Source of the DNA: Octopus sinensis
Taxonomy: Eukaryota
Length of the DNA: 64,000 bases
Direction: 5' to 3'
Assembly: GCF_006345805.1 (NCBI RefSeq)
Contig: NC_043008.1
Location: 16,802,001-16,866,000 of the forward strand
A program made the translations under genes and the position numbers. The notes beneath the pieces are model-generated. The model was not told the DNA's origin. It did no database searches and saw only the letters and a list, made by a program, of their open reading frames with translations. Below, one piece after another: positions 1-12,020 of the stretch; within the stretch, counting starts at the first letter, position 1, and every line of letters starts with the position of its first letter.

Positions 1-49
1 ATCCATTCAATAAACGTATTTCTTGAGATTAAAAGAACTACTTCAAGCC

Positions 50-137
50 TATATATACATACACACATGCATATATATGTTATTTATGTATGAATGTATG
101 CATGTATGTATGCATGTATGTATGCATGTATGTATGC

Positions 138-180
<43 letters not shown>

Positions 181-279
181 TACACACACATTTGAATATA
201 TACTTATATACAGGTATACAAACATACATACATACATTTATAAACATATATATATACCCATGTGTGTGTGTGTGCATAT

Positions 280-322
<43 letters not shown>

Positions 323-483
323 TATATATACATGCATACATACATGCATACATATATATGTATGTATGTATGAATGTATGTACATTTGTGTGTAAGTATG
401 CATGTATATATATACACATACACACACATTTGAACATATATATATATATATACATATATATATGTAACATATATATATATATA

Positions 484-527
<44 letters not shown>

Positions 528-680
528 CTTATACACAAGCATACAAACATGTGTATGTGCGTGTGTTTGTGAACGTTGGTATGTATCTATCTTTCTTCCT
601 CTCTCTCCCTCTTTCCTTCTCCTTCCCTGTAACTATCTGTCTGTCTATCTATCTATTTATTTATCTATCTATCTACCTAT
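50..680. repeat. Compound (TA)n/(TATG)n/(CA)n/(TCTA)n microsatellite region
   Basis: Simple repeats are directly visible; they explain the YIYI/CMYV ORFs. Similar tracts recur throughout the window (e.g. 1010-1310, 6085-6290, 6885-7370, 36465-37410, 43440-43892). Confidence 0.95.
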
Positions 681-1181
681 CTTTGTAGAAAGATAGTAAT
701 AGACCTGGAGATAAGAAATAGATGAACGAAAATATGTAAACATGGAGAAGATAACATAAGTAGTTTGATTTTGAAAATACAGAAAATGTTGTGATGGAGC
801 GGGGGAAGAAGCGTAAGGGCGCGTGTGTAATGGAACGAGAACAATGCCTACGAAGAGAACAATAGAAATATATGTGTATTAGGGAGAACACGATAGATCG
901 ATGAATGTATAGATCGAGATGTATAATTAAATTGATGTATAGCAAGATAAAGAGGAACAGATTTATGATAGAACAATCAGTGCAATCATCGATAGAGAAA
1001 CAGGTTTATATATAGAAATATATATATATATACATACACTATATACACATATATATATATATGTATATATATACATATATATATATTATATATATATATA
1101 TATATCTTTATCTATATATATGTATGTATATATATACATATATATATATGTATATATCTATATATATATATATATATTCAT

Positions 1182-1212
<31 letters not shown>

Positions 1213-1255
1213 GTATTATATATATATATACATATATATATGTACACTCACTCAC

Positions 1256-1295
<40 letters not shown>

Positions 1296-1814
1296 GTATG
1301 TATATCATACTCACATGCAAAGTTTAAATTTATAATCGTTTAGCAGTTCAGTTGTGATGCGGAACTAAACGTATTGTTATTTAGATTTTAGATGTTTTAC
1401 AAATGCACACAAAAACACACGCCCACAGACACACATGCGCACAAGCAGAGAAATATAGTTAATTTGCTTTAGGAACGTATGCACGTCTGATCGTGTATAT
1501 GACTGTATATATTTTAGGGTCTGCAAACATATGATAGTATACACGTTTCATGAAAATAAATGGAATCACTAAATAAGTTGCATTTCAGCAAGAATAAAAC
1601 TCTGCCGATTCCACTGGCCGAAATTCTTGTGTAGCAGAAATATTTATGTTACTTTCTCCATTTTTGTTCTCAATTTTTTTCTCTCTTCTCGTCAATTCTT
1701 TCGGGAGAAGATTATGTACTAGAAATGTAAGATCGCTTTTCCTTCCATTGTTGTTCAATTTCCTAAGCGGAAACCTAATATCAGCCGTTTGTTTGTTTGT
1801 TTTTACTTCGTCTT

Positions 1815-2110
1815 GTTTGTTCCTTCTCGAGCCACGCCTGACACATATGGCCGGTTTCCCGGTTTTCTTGGCGTATAGGTTCTCAACCTAGATGGGACGC
1901 CGGTCCGTCGCAGGTGAGATGCAAGATGCAGGAGGAAAGAGTGAGAGAAAATTGTGGCGAAGGAATCAGCAAAAGTTCGACATTACCTTCTGCTGGAGCC
2001 GCGTGGAGCTTAGGTGTTTCGCTAATAAACACACACATCTCCCGGTCTGAGATTCGAACCCGCGATCCCTCGACCCCATGTCCGCTGCTCTAACCACTAG
2101 GCCATGTACC
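1815..2110 (-). mobile_element. tRNA-derived SINE, group D head with V-SINE-like tail
   Basis: Minus strand has A box (TGGCCTAGTGGTTAG), B box (GGTTCGAATCTC) and the body GTGTTTATTAGCGAAACACCTAAGCTCCACG shared with 21035-21780, 25490 and 45129. Tail CTGCGACGGACCGGCGTCCC...GAAAACCGGGAAACCGGCC is shared with 15455 and 25490. Confidence 0.85.
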
Positions 2111-2976
2111 TATCTTACTTCGTCTTAGAGCCATCTATTTTTGCACTATATATGTTATAGGTGTGTGTGTGTTTGTGTGTCTGAGTGAGTATGTATATAT
2201 GCATACATGCATTGGGCATGTTGTCAGAATGAGTGAAAAACGAATTCCATAATTCCTCATGTGTAGCCAAATCCGTGATTTGATCCAGCATAGGAAGGAT
2301 GTAAAAATGCAATGATAATCTTAAAGGTAACCTCAATTTTACAAAAGTTTCTCCAGACACGTTCGCAATAGCTAACATGTTATAAAACCATTAACGAAGA
2401 CCTATATATTGGACTCGCTGCTTGATCTCTAACATTCATGCCAGTCGCTTTCTATAACTTTTTTTTTCAATCTATGGACTCGTTTGTAAATCGTTGGCAG
2501 GATAAAATCTCAAAAGAAACATAAATATCAAAACTAAAATTAAAGAAAAACAAAACAGGCAAAAATAAAATGCTTTTAGACTATCGCTCGTAGAAAACGA
2601 CGGGAGAATCTATTGTTGTATCTATTATAATTTATATATTTGTGCTCAAAGTTCAGCTTGTAGCATTTCGCTACTAAGGTTTTATATCCTTAGTGTATAA
2701 TTAGTATATTCATCAAATGGGAATACAGCATCAATACTGATGAACTCTAGCTGCTAACTTCAGAATACAATTCCACAGTGAAATACTCAGAGATGTATAG
2801 CAACATTCGCTTCTAATGAATTTTCTAAGAATATCTTAAATTCCAAGTAATGGAATGGTTTGCGTTTAGCTGTTAACAACCCGCTAAATATTTGTCCTAT
2901 GCCGTTTTGCGATCTACGTCAATTTTTTTCCTCAAAGTGTCAGTGTGTCTGCGATTTTCATATGTGAACACAAGCC

Positions 2977-3007
<31 letters not shown>

Positions 3008-3025
3008 ATGTGTGTGTATGTATAT

Positions 3026-3094
3026 ATGACTGGGTTCTCCTGCTTGTGTGGCATGGTGCAGCACTTCTTCATCCAGGCACTTGATGTAGGCCTC
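3026..3094 (-). pseudogene. Tc1/mariner (DD37D/maT-like) transposase fragment, internally deleted
   Basis: Minus strand reads EAYIKCLDEEVL, then in another frame APCHTSRRTQS, resembling the QQDSAPCHTS region around the second catalytic Asp. Family assignment is from memory. Confidence 0.6.
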
Positions 3095-3776
3095 GTTCTG
3101 GCCGTCCAGTTGAGTTCGATGAAGAGCGATTAAACCAACTTTTGCACGAAAATACTCGTCAAACGACAAGGGAACTGGCGACGAAAAATGGTGCCCGTAC
3201 ATCAATATGAAATAGCGTAAGGAATGGCTTAGGCCCGGTAAATAAGCGACACGGTACGTGAAACAAGCTCATCTCATCCGCGTAAAACGATGTTGTGCGT
3301 GTGGTGAAACTGAGAAAGGATTATCGATTACAAATTGCTTGAACGGAACCAAACGGTCAACGTGTAACTGTATGTTCAATAGATGGAACGACTCAACACG
3401 GCTATTCAAGTGGAAAGACCTAATCAGCAGCATCGAGTTCTTCCGCTCTACGACAGCACCCGCTCTCATATCGCCAATATGACCAACGAAGCCATTTAAA
3501 CGCATGGCTGGGAAGTGCTGCCACCCACGCCGTGCTCTCCTGCTTTGGCACACACAGATTTCCGCCACTTTCGATCTCATTGAAATGATATGCGCAGAGT
3601 TTCGTTCAGTACTGATGCAGAATTAAGAGCTTGGTTGCATCAATTTTTCGAGTCGAAATCGGGTGATTTCTACCAACGAGGTATTGAAAATCTTGTTGTT
3701 AAACCTTTAAACCTTTAAACCTTTAAAAAAATTTAGATTTAAAAAAAAAACGGCAGGAACTTAGTTGCCATCCCAA
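3091..3776 (+). mobile_element. Decayed mariner (DD34D-type) transposon: transposase remnant plus right TIR
   Basis: Translates as PRSGRPVEFDEERLNQLLHENTRQTTRELA / TGDEKW...HPRKTMLCVW...LYDSTRSHIA (HDNARPH-like)...GWEVLPPTPCSPALAHTDF (YSPDLAPSD-like)...FYQRGIENLV, with stops and frameshifts. Mariner-type TIR AAAACGGCAGGAACTTAGTTGCCATCCCAA ends at 3776. Confidence 0.9.
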
Positions 3777-3933
3777 GGGTTTATTTCAGTTTCCATTAAC
3801 CAAATCCACTCGCATAGATTTGGTCAACTCGGGGCTGTAGTAGCGAACACTTCCCCAAGGTTCTACGTAATGGGATTGAACCTCGAACCATGTGGTTAGG
3901 AAACAATCTTCTTTACACACAAGAATGCCTGCA
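3777..3933 (-). mobile_element. SINE group B, 5' part, diverged
   Basis: Reverse complement matches the head of 13585 and 62711 (CCACATGGTT..GGTTCA.TCCCA.T.CGT..CCTTGGG.AAGTG). Confidence 0.75.
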
Positions 3934-4891
3934 TGATAACAGTTTGTAAACTGCGATTCCTCAAATTCACATATGTCACCGCAGAAATTATAAATTTTTA
4001 TAACAATATGCTTCTATATGAGGCGACAAAATCTAAATTATAAGGAAGGAAATTATCATTGAGTGTACCATAGCAACAAAATAATTATCCGGGTTTAATA
4101 TTAAAAATCAAAAAATAACTTCCTTTAAATGTGTGAAGTGATTTAGTGACAGTTTCGTTTTATTACGCTTTATAATATGTTGGCTTGTGTATCCATTCAT
4201 AATCTATGATATATTATGAAAAATGTATAACAACCAGCTATTGCACATTATAAAATATTAAATTAATCTTTGTAGGAAAACAAAACATTTTGCTAATAAA
4301 TAATTAAGCACAACATTTATTTCAAATGAATACTGTGACATTTCAAATGGAAAACAAATCGATGAATATTTACTATTTAAAGAAATTTCATGTTAATAGA
4401 GAGTGGTCAGGGAGATGCTGGTGAATAAAGAAAAGAGAGAGAGAGAGAGAGAAACAGACAGACAGACAGAGACAGAGAGAGAAATGCAAATACTTGTAAG
4501 GTCGTATGCTTGTGCATTTGTATATATATGTATATATATGTATAAACGCCTGCACACAAGAGTAAATATGTGTATGTGATTATTTGAAAGGTGGCAGATG
4601 TGCAATCGCTTTCCATTAGACCTTAGCAGAGCTTTAGGGTTAGGAAGAGATCGTATCCCGTAGGCGACGTTAAAATTTTGTTCTTCTCTCTCCTGTATCA
4701 CCTCTCTTCTACTACTTCTTCTTCTCCTTCCTTTATGCATATATATATGTGTGTGTGTATGTATGTATGTATGTATATGTGTGTACGCACTTGTATAATG
4801 TCTTTGCTGCTTCTAAATACACACATAAGTCAGATACACAAAATGTCGATGGAATGAATGACCGGTTTCACTTGATCCAGTTAACATCGTT

Positions 4892-4946
<55 letters not shown>

Positions 4947-4948
<2 letters not shown>

Positions 4949-5134
4949 GGAGAGTTTACGAAAAAAAAACAAAAGACGAAGACAGGTGGTGTACAAAACA
5001 ACAGATGTATTAGTATAACGCTCAGGAATAGAAAAAGTCTTTTACGTTTCGAGCCAACGCTCTTCTACAGAAAGGGACACAGATAAAAACAAGGAGAGAA
5101 ACAAGGAGAGAGAAAAATTGTGTAGGGGCTAACG

Positions 5135-5141
<7 letters not shown>
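4947..5141 (-). mobile_element. (TA)n-anchored short element family H1 with hammerhead-like motif (Penelope-like terminal repeat)
   Basis: Near-identical second copy at 56289-56477; bounded by (TA)n and (TCTA)n; hammerhead fold at 5037-5078. Confidence 0.75.
5037..5078 (-). ncRNA. Minimal type I hammerhead-like motif, core CUGUAGA (A6U)
   Basis: gtc-cc-ttt CTGTAGA A gagc-gttg-gctc GAAA cg TA aaa-gac: stems I and II pair, and stem III is the palindrome ACGT. Confidence 0.55.
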
Positions 5142-5176
<35 letters not shown>

Positions 5177-5220
5177 ATATCTCTCTCTATATATATATAT
5201 ATCTATATATATATATATAA

Positions 5221-5558
5221 GGCGCATGGCTCAGTGGTTAGAGCACCGGGCACACTATCATAATGTAGTGCGTTCGATTCCCAGACCGGGATATGATTTG
5301 TGTTCTTGAGCAAGGCACTTTATTACATGTTGCTCCGGTTCATGTCGATCAGTTGTAGACATTTTTTGCGATGTCCCTGATGCCAAGCTGTATCAGCTTT
5401 TGCTTTTCCTTTAGACAAGACCGGTGCCGTAGAGAAGGGAGGCTGGTGGGCCTTTGACGACAGCTGGTCTTCCATAAACAACCTTGCCCGGACATGTGCC
5501 TCGGAGGATAACTTTCTAGGTGCAATCCTAGAATCATTTATCACTGAGGGGTCTCTTT
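5221..5558 (+). mobile_element. tRNA-derived SINE group C, full-length-like
   Basis: GGCGCATGGCTCAGTGGTTAGAGC (A box), GTTCGATTCCC (B box) and GTGTTCTTGAGCAAGGCACTTTATT body shared with 14208, 15455 and 55873. Confidence 0.85.
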
Positions 5559-5907
5559 CCCCTTATATATGTCTGTGTGTCTGTCACAGAGACATAAGAT
5601 CTGACGACGTGTCTTCAGAATTTGAAACTAAACTAAAGATATTACGTCTTCGTTGACGTATATTAGTCATTCAAAAGTATACAAAACGTGTTAACAACTA
5701 TTAACATATATTTGTGTGTAGCTGTAGTGGCAACATGTCAATAACCAAGGAGTAGATTCTGCAAAGAATAACCTGACACGAAATAGTAAATTGTCCAGTA
5801 ATGGGAAGTTGACATTTTCTGCATGTTTTTAAAGTTTTGAATGACAAATGTGTGACTCCCAAGCTATAATTAATATGGTTGAATATGTGTGTTTGCATAT
5901 ATATATA

Positions 5908-6080
5908 GTTAATCCAAACAAGAAAGCACAAAAAAAAACACAACAACGCGAGGACGTGGAACAAATATAGTATTATTGGACGCTCAGGATAAAAGGAAAG
6001 AAGGAGGTTTAACGTTTCGTCGGAAACATAGGAGAAGGAAAGATCCAGAGAAGGGAAGACAGAGGAAAAAATCGCGAACG

Positions 6081-6084
<4 letters not shown>
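5908..6084 (-). mobile_element. (TA)n-anchored short element family H2 (related to H1), hammerhead remnant
   Basis: Flanked by (TA)n on both sides; shares GTATTA...ACGCTCAGGA and ACGTTTCG with H1; minus-strand remnant gttt CCGAC GAAA CG TT aaac. Confidence 0.6.
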
Positions 6085-6135
<51 letters not shown>

Positions 6136-6889
6136 TGGATGGATAGATAGATAGTTTGATAGGTAGATAACTACATACATATATACATACATATACATAC
6201 ATATATATACATATATATGCATATATATACTTACATATATACATATATATATATACATACACACACACATATATATATATATATACAGCTATCTGTCTAT
6301 CGATCTATCTTTATCTATATGTAAATATGTACATGTGTGTGCTTACATCTATATAGCGTGTTTACACTATATATATATATATTAGTGTACGTTTATAAAT
6401 ATGTGCATGTCTACATGCATTTTTCTTTTTCGTTCACACTTCCCAGGAATATAAATTATTTCTCCACAAATGATATTGCAATATTGAATTTTGCAGAGAT
6501 CTACTGAGAACGATGCCAAAAATGAAACAAAATTTTAATTGAAACAAATGGCAGAAATATTAATAAAACTAGCAAATTTTCGAAACGATTATTTCCGCAA
6601 CATTCCACAATATTTAATATATTCTACTTCACCTTCTTGTTCGTGTTATATGAGATAAAATATATTTCAATTCTTTCTTTACTTTGCTTTAATACTGCGT
6701 TTTTTTATCGTTATCATTATTCTTGCTGTATTTGTTATTATTTACACATAGAATATTATTTTATATAATTTATTATTATTGTATTAGATGTGTAGTTGAA
6801 TCTTATTTTATATATATTTTTGTAGAGAAAGAAATGGATGTGATTCATCCGAACAAACCTACACAGCGAATATATGTGTGTATGTATAA

Positions 6890-6922
<33 letters not shown>

Positions 6923-7218
6923 ATATATTATATACATACATATATATATATATATACATATTTATATATAATATATATATATACATATATAATATATGCA
7001 TATATTATATATATATATATATATTAATATATATATAATATATATATAAATATACATATATATATATATATATTATATACATACATGTATATATTTGAGT
7101 GTGAGTATGTGAATGTGAGTGTGTGTACATATACGCATAACATTCATACATATACAGATACATGTATATTCATACGAGCAGGTATATGTATATATGTCTG
7201 TGTGTGCGTATGCATACA

Positions 7219-7254
<36 letters not shown>

Positions 7255-8930
7255 TACATATATATATATACAAGCACGCTCATTCACACAAACACAAACT
7301 CTCACATACGCACACACACGCACAAGCACACACACACACACACATAAATATATGAATGTGTGTGTATATATACCTAGGTATGAATATTTGTTTTGCATTT
7401 CCATCATAAATAATACACTAATGGAAATTGAGTAAATGGAATTCTACTTAAAATTCTATTTTTCTTTTATTAAGAAATTAAAAAAAAAAGAAATAAAAAG
7501 AATGAAGGAAGTTGTAAGGACAAATATCAACAAAATATATCAGAACAAAACAAAGTACAATGCGGCTTCAAAATCAGTAATTTGGTGCAAATGAATTCTA
7601 CAAATTTATATTTGCTTCACTATGTCGATAACAGCTACGACTCGAGTATAATTATTCTACTTAAATAAAGGTTTACTGTTCAACTTCAGCAATAGTTTCT
7701 GTCCTAAATGACGGTGTATTGCTGTCATAAATTATTCTTGTCATGTTTGAATGTTAGTGCTGTAGAGCAAATTTTAAGCGTCTTTTGACTCGAGTGCAAG
7801 ATAACGATTTTCTACTTCAAATTATTTTACGGTTGAGGGAAAACAAATCCTATAAATGCCGATTTGTTCATATCGTACTCATTCTTCTTAATAAAGATGA
7901 GAGATTCATATCCTAATGTTCTTCATTAAATCCATTTTCGATTTCATTGGTTGTCCACAACTTGAGCTGAAAATTGTTTCAGGTTAAAAGCATCATGCTC
8001 GAAAAGGTGTACGTTACTAGTTAGTTTCTCGCATCGCTTCTTAAACAATTTATATAAACAGCTTCTTATTACGGCTAATAGAAATCTAAGATGTTTTCTT
8101 ACTTGAGGGAGACAGTGTCTTTTTATTGTTTTATAGATTTTCATATTAAACTTCATCAGCACCATTTGTCACCGGATCATTGAATATAATTCAAGTACCT
8201 TAACTCCAGCATTATAATTTGACATCAAATTGTTGAATTTTCAACCACGTTCTTACAATTATCTTCTCATTTACAAAATACATGTTCAAATCATTTACCA
8301 TATTTGCGGCGTAGTTTCGCTAAAGTATCGAAAAATATTGGAATTGAATTTTCATCGATCAATGAAAGGAGGTATGCTTATTGATTCGAGATTGATATTA
8401 TCTTCCATGATTGCTGCTGCGATGTTTTTCATAGACGCTGAAAGTTTAAAGAACATATTTCCACATCCTTTTCTAAATAGTAATGCAATTTGGTTTTACC
8501 TTATATCCGCTTTTTACAAAAAATTAATTAGTGTATTCTCAAGCATATAATTACATTAATTTCAGTTATAAAGCCTCTCAGACTGGTGAAGTAAACAAAA
8601 TGGAATAATGTTTCCTCCGATCGGAAAACTAGCACGGATGTTTGTAACAGTGTGGCTCCTGTTAAAGACTCCCGTGGACCAAATGCTGTTATTAAACCAA
8701 CTGAAAGATCATGTTAATAAAATGTCTAACACAAGGGTAGTGTTTGACATAGCAATAAAACCATAATATTTAATTATTCCACGGAAGAAATTCTGTCATT
8801 AAAACATTTGAGGGATTTTGTCAGATTATTTTAGATTGTTTTATCAAACATTACATACATTTGTACATGTAGAATATATAGCTATCGCGTTTAGCATGTT
8901 GAAAGTAATTGATAAATAGATAGATAGATA

Positions 8931-9086
8931 TGTTTCTTTATTAGCCACACGGGGCTGCACACAGACGGGGCAGATTACAAAGTAGAGCTTTTCTTTTTGG
9001 GAAAAATAAAAGTTGGGTAGGTTTCTAGCAAACGGGATCGTAAAAGGAAAAAAAACGATCAATAAGGATCGTGTATCACAGAAATG
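8931..9086 (-). mobile_element. 5'-truncated LINE-like 3' end inserted in (TAGA)n
   Basis: Second copy at 9210-9292. The terminal ~45 nt resemble the 3' tail of young group A SINEs (TTTCTTTATTAGCCACACGGGGCTGCACACAGA vs TTTCTTTACTGCCCACAAGGGGCTACACACAGA). Confidence 0.6.
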
Positions 9087-9110
9087 ATAGATAGATAGAT
9101 AGATAGATAT

Positions 9111-9209
<99 letters not shown>

Positions 9210-9309
9210 TGTTTCATTATTAGCCACACAGGGCTTAACACAGAGAAGACAAATTACAAAGTAGAGCTTTTCTTTTGGGGGAGAAATAAAAGATAGATAT
9301 GTAAATAGT

Positions 9310-9379
<70 letters not shown>

Positions 9380-9380
9380 T
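9087..9380. repeat. (GATA)n tetranucleotide array interrupted by a second LINE-like 3' end (9210-9292)
   Basis: Directly visible. Other long (GATA)n arrays lie at about 47075-47340 and 50740-50855. Confidence 0.95.
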
Positions 9381-9984
9381 ATAGTCCTCTCACTTGTATA
9401 TATCATCATTGGTTAGCTCAAAATTTTTAATGTCTTATGAGTGCTAAACTGTATTCCGGACATCGGTTTTCAGCTGGAAGAAAGGTTAGTCTTAAATTAA
9501 CTTTTATATATTTCTGGGGACTCGTACAGTATCATCTACATACATGGATATTGTTCGATATCTCTGCATCCTTATATCCCGGTTCGCAAATTTTTCACAA
9601 TTATTCTTACGCTTCCAGTCGGAAAATTTCACTTTTTCTTTTTCCCTTGTACATGCTTATTATCGTGAATGTCATTGTGCGGGTATCTTTGTTAAATATT
9701 TTGATTTTTGTTCAGTATATGCGCAAGATTTTTCATTTTATGCAAAATCCGTAATGTCACTCTAAAATAAATAATATCATCTTGACAAACTTCGTTTTTA
9801 TTCCATTTTCTGATCTCCTTGTCATCATCTACTCAGCTGAGTCGACTATGAAGAACGTATCTGAGATGAAATCTCTCTCGTATAAAGTGATTTAAATGTA
9901 TGCGTAAAACACTTTGAAATTATCATTGCAGCTTATCTACGTTAGTTAAATAATTTTTTCGATTCGGCATTTCACTGACGATCA

Positions 9985-10112
9985 CGCACACACACATACA
10001 CAAACGCACACAGAGGCACATACGCACGTACTCAGACGCGCACAGAGGTGCATACACACACATACACAAACGCACACAGAGGCCCATACACACACATACG
10101 CAAACACACAAC
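9985..10112. repeat. CA-rich minisatellite (unit ~CACACACATACACAAACGCACACAGAGGC)
   Basis: Three to four imperfect copies are visible. Confidence 0.7.
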
Positions 10113-10530
10113 ACAGAAGCACATACATATTTATAAGTAGAAAAGCAGAGAAACACTTGCACGTTAAATGCGCATATTTGCACGGAAAACAGAATACAAA
10201 GCACGAAATAAAAAGATACAAAATAAACGAAAGAAGTTATATAATAGTCTTAACATGACAGCTGTTTCGATTGAAGGCGTGCTTATGCCGTCTAAACAAT
10301 CATACACAATAAAGACCCACAACGTATCAGGAGTATGGAAAAACATAATTTTCTACGGTTTCATTCAGCGAAGCCACCTTCACTTTAATAACGACAGAAG
10401 CAGTATTAATATCAAAAGGTAATCTTTATATCCAACTGAATGTAGACATTGTGTTAGAATATAGAATACTGTGTTATTTACATGGAGGGGGCTTCTAATA
10501 AGGATTCTTAGTACATAAAAGCACTCATAT

Positions 10531-10650
10531 CGTCCGCAGGGAGATTCGGCTGTTGTGCGGCTCCGGATGTCCGCCACTGACAAGTCCGGGCGGAGTGAAA
10601 TCACGTGATCCGGTTGTTCCGGCGGTCGCAGTAAATGCTTCTCGTCTGCC
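10531..10650. promoter_or_regulatory. Small CpG island with GC box, E-box and ETS-like motifs; may alternatively be an exon
   Basis: 14 CpG in 120 bp within AT-rich surroundings; CCGGATGT at 10563, GGGCGGAG at 10588, TCACGTGA at 10601, TTCCGG at 10617. It overlaps minus-strand ORF MADEKHLLRPP... and does not match any repeat in the window. Confidence 0.4.
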
Positions 10651-10878
10651 ATAGATATGAATACGAGTGTACTTTTATGTACGATGAGCCCATATGAGAG
10701 GTTCTCTCAAGATAAACAATGCAGTATTCGGTGTTCCAGAACAACATCCATTTTAAGTTGGATTTAATGATTTGAAAACAGTCCACAAATGATAGCAAAT
10801 ATCGGATAATGGTAAATTCGACAAACTTTGAATATTATCCACCCAATTCCTTAGCAAATGATATTGCTACAATTAAAA

Positions 10879-11276
10879 GACGTTGCACTGGCACAATCGT
10901 TAGTACGCCGGATAAAATGCTAGGCGGCGTTTCGTCCGTTATTACGTTCTTAGTTCAAATTCCGCCGAGGTCGACTTTGCCTTTCATCCTTTCGGGGTCG
11001 ATTAAATAAGTACTAGATACGCACTGGGGTCGATATAATCGACTTAATCCGTTTGTCTGTCCTTGTTTGTCCCCTTTGTGTTTAGCCCCTTGTGGGTAGT
11101 AAAGAAATATAAATAGGTGCTTCGTCTGCCGCTACGTTCTGAGTTCGAATTTCGCCGCGGTCGACTGTGCCTTTCATCCTTTCGGGGTCCATAAATTATG
11201 TACTAGTTGCCTTCTGCGGTCAATATAATCCACTGGCCCCTCCCCAAAAATGTTGGCCCTTGCGCCTTGAGTACAA
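10879..11276 (+). mobile_element. SINE group A (Meta-domain-like) stacked pair: young copy 10879-11118 plus headless older copy 11119-11276
   Basis: tRNA-like head, GAGTTCAAATTCC B box and GTCGACTTTGCCTTTCATCCTTTCGGGGTCGAT.AA.TAAGTAC core (resembles the MetaSINE domain, from memory). The two copies have different tails. Confidence 0.9.
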
Positions 11277-11957
11277 TATGATATTATTATCATTAAAGAA
11301 TGTAATAATAATAAAATTACCACACACTTACACACACGCGCCCTCTCCTCATGCCACACACACACATGCTTGCCGCTCTCATAAACGTATTAACATCCTG
11401 GCTTCATTAAATAATCGCGTTCAATGACATGGATCGCGGTGGAGAAGATACTTTTTGCTGCTAGATTCTCTTATCACTCCTTAACCAATTACCTAAAGGC
11501 TCCTTGTTTACGGCTGACAGAAATCCGCAATGTTGCCTTACTTCAAGTTGACATTTGTAATTATTTTCTTATAAATTTATATCATATTTCCTCTCATCTG
11601 TCGCTGGATCATTGATGGTAATTCAAGTGAAATTAATTCAAGAACGACAGCTTGTCACAAACGGTATTAGCCAGCAGACTGGGTAAATGTCGCTTGCATC
11701 GGGCTGTCGTATATATATACATACTTATATATACTTCTTAATTACTACAAGGCAAATAGTCGTCGAAGAATTACGGAAGAAGCCGAACATCTGCCTAACC
11801 CGTTATCACAGTAGATTATATACAGTAATTAACTGAAGCAACATATGCATATATAAAGAATACATACATACATACATGTATGTCTTCTATTCACTGTCAT
11901 CAATATTCCTGCTAAAGAATAAAAACACACACAGACGCACACACATAAGCACGCACG

Positions 11958-12002
<45 letters not shown>

Positions 12003-12020
12003 GCTTATGCATATACTATT

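Noticed and set aside
5221-5290. tRNA-like sequences with A and B boxes (also 13585, 21700-21780, 40194)
   Set aside because: No complete cloverleaf or acceptor stem; they continue into shared SINE bodies, so they are SINE heads rather than tRNA genes.
5601-5635. Canonical CTGACGA...GAAA word pair (also CTGATGA near 2736, 52460 and 8155 on the minus strand)
   Set aside because: No stem II or stem I pairing around them; chance matches.
8531-8545. 15-nt match to the reverse complement of miR-137
   Set aside because: The seed is interrupted and there is no complementary arm to form a precursor hairpin.
7440-8830. Repeat-free block that looked like decayed coding sequence
   Set aside because: The frames I translated gave no recognisable motif and contained frequent stops.
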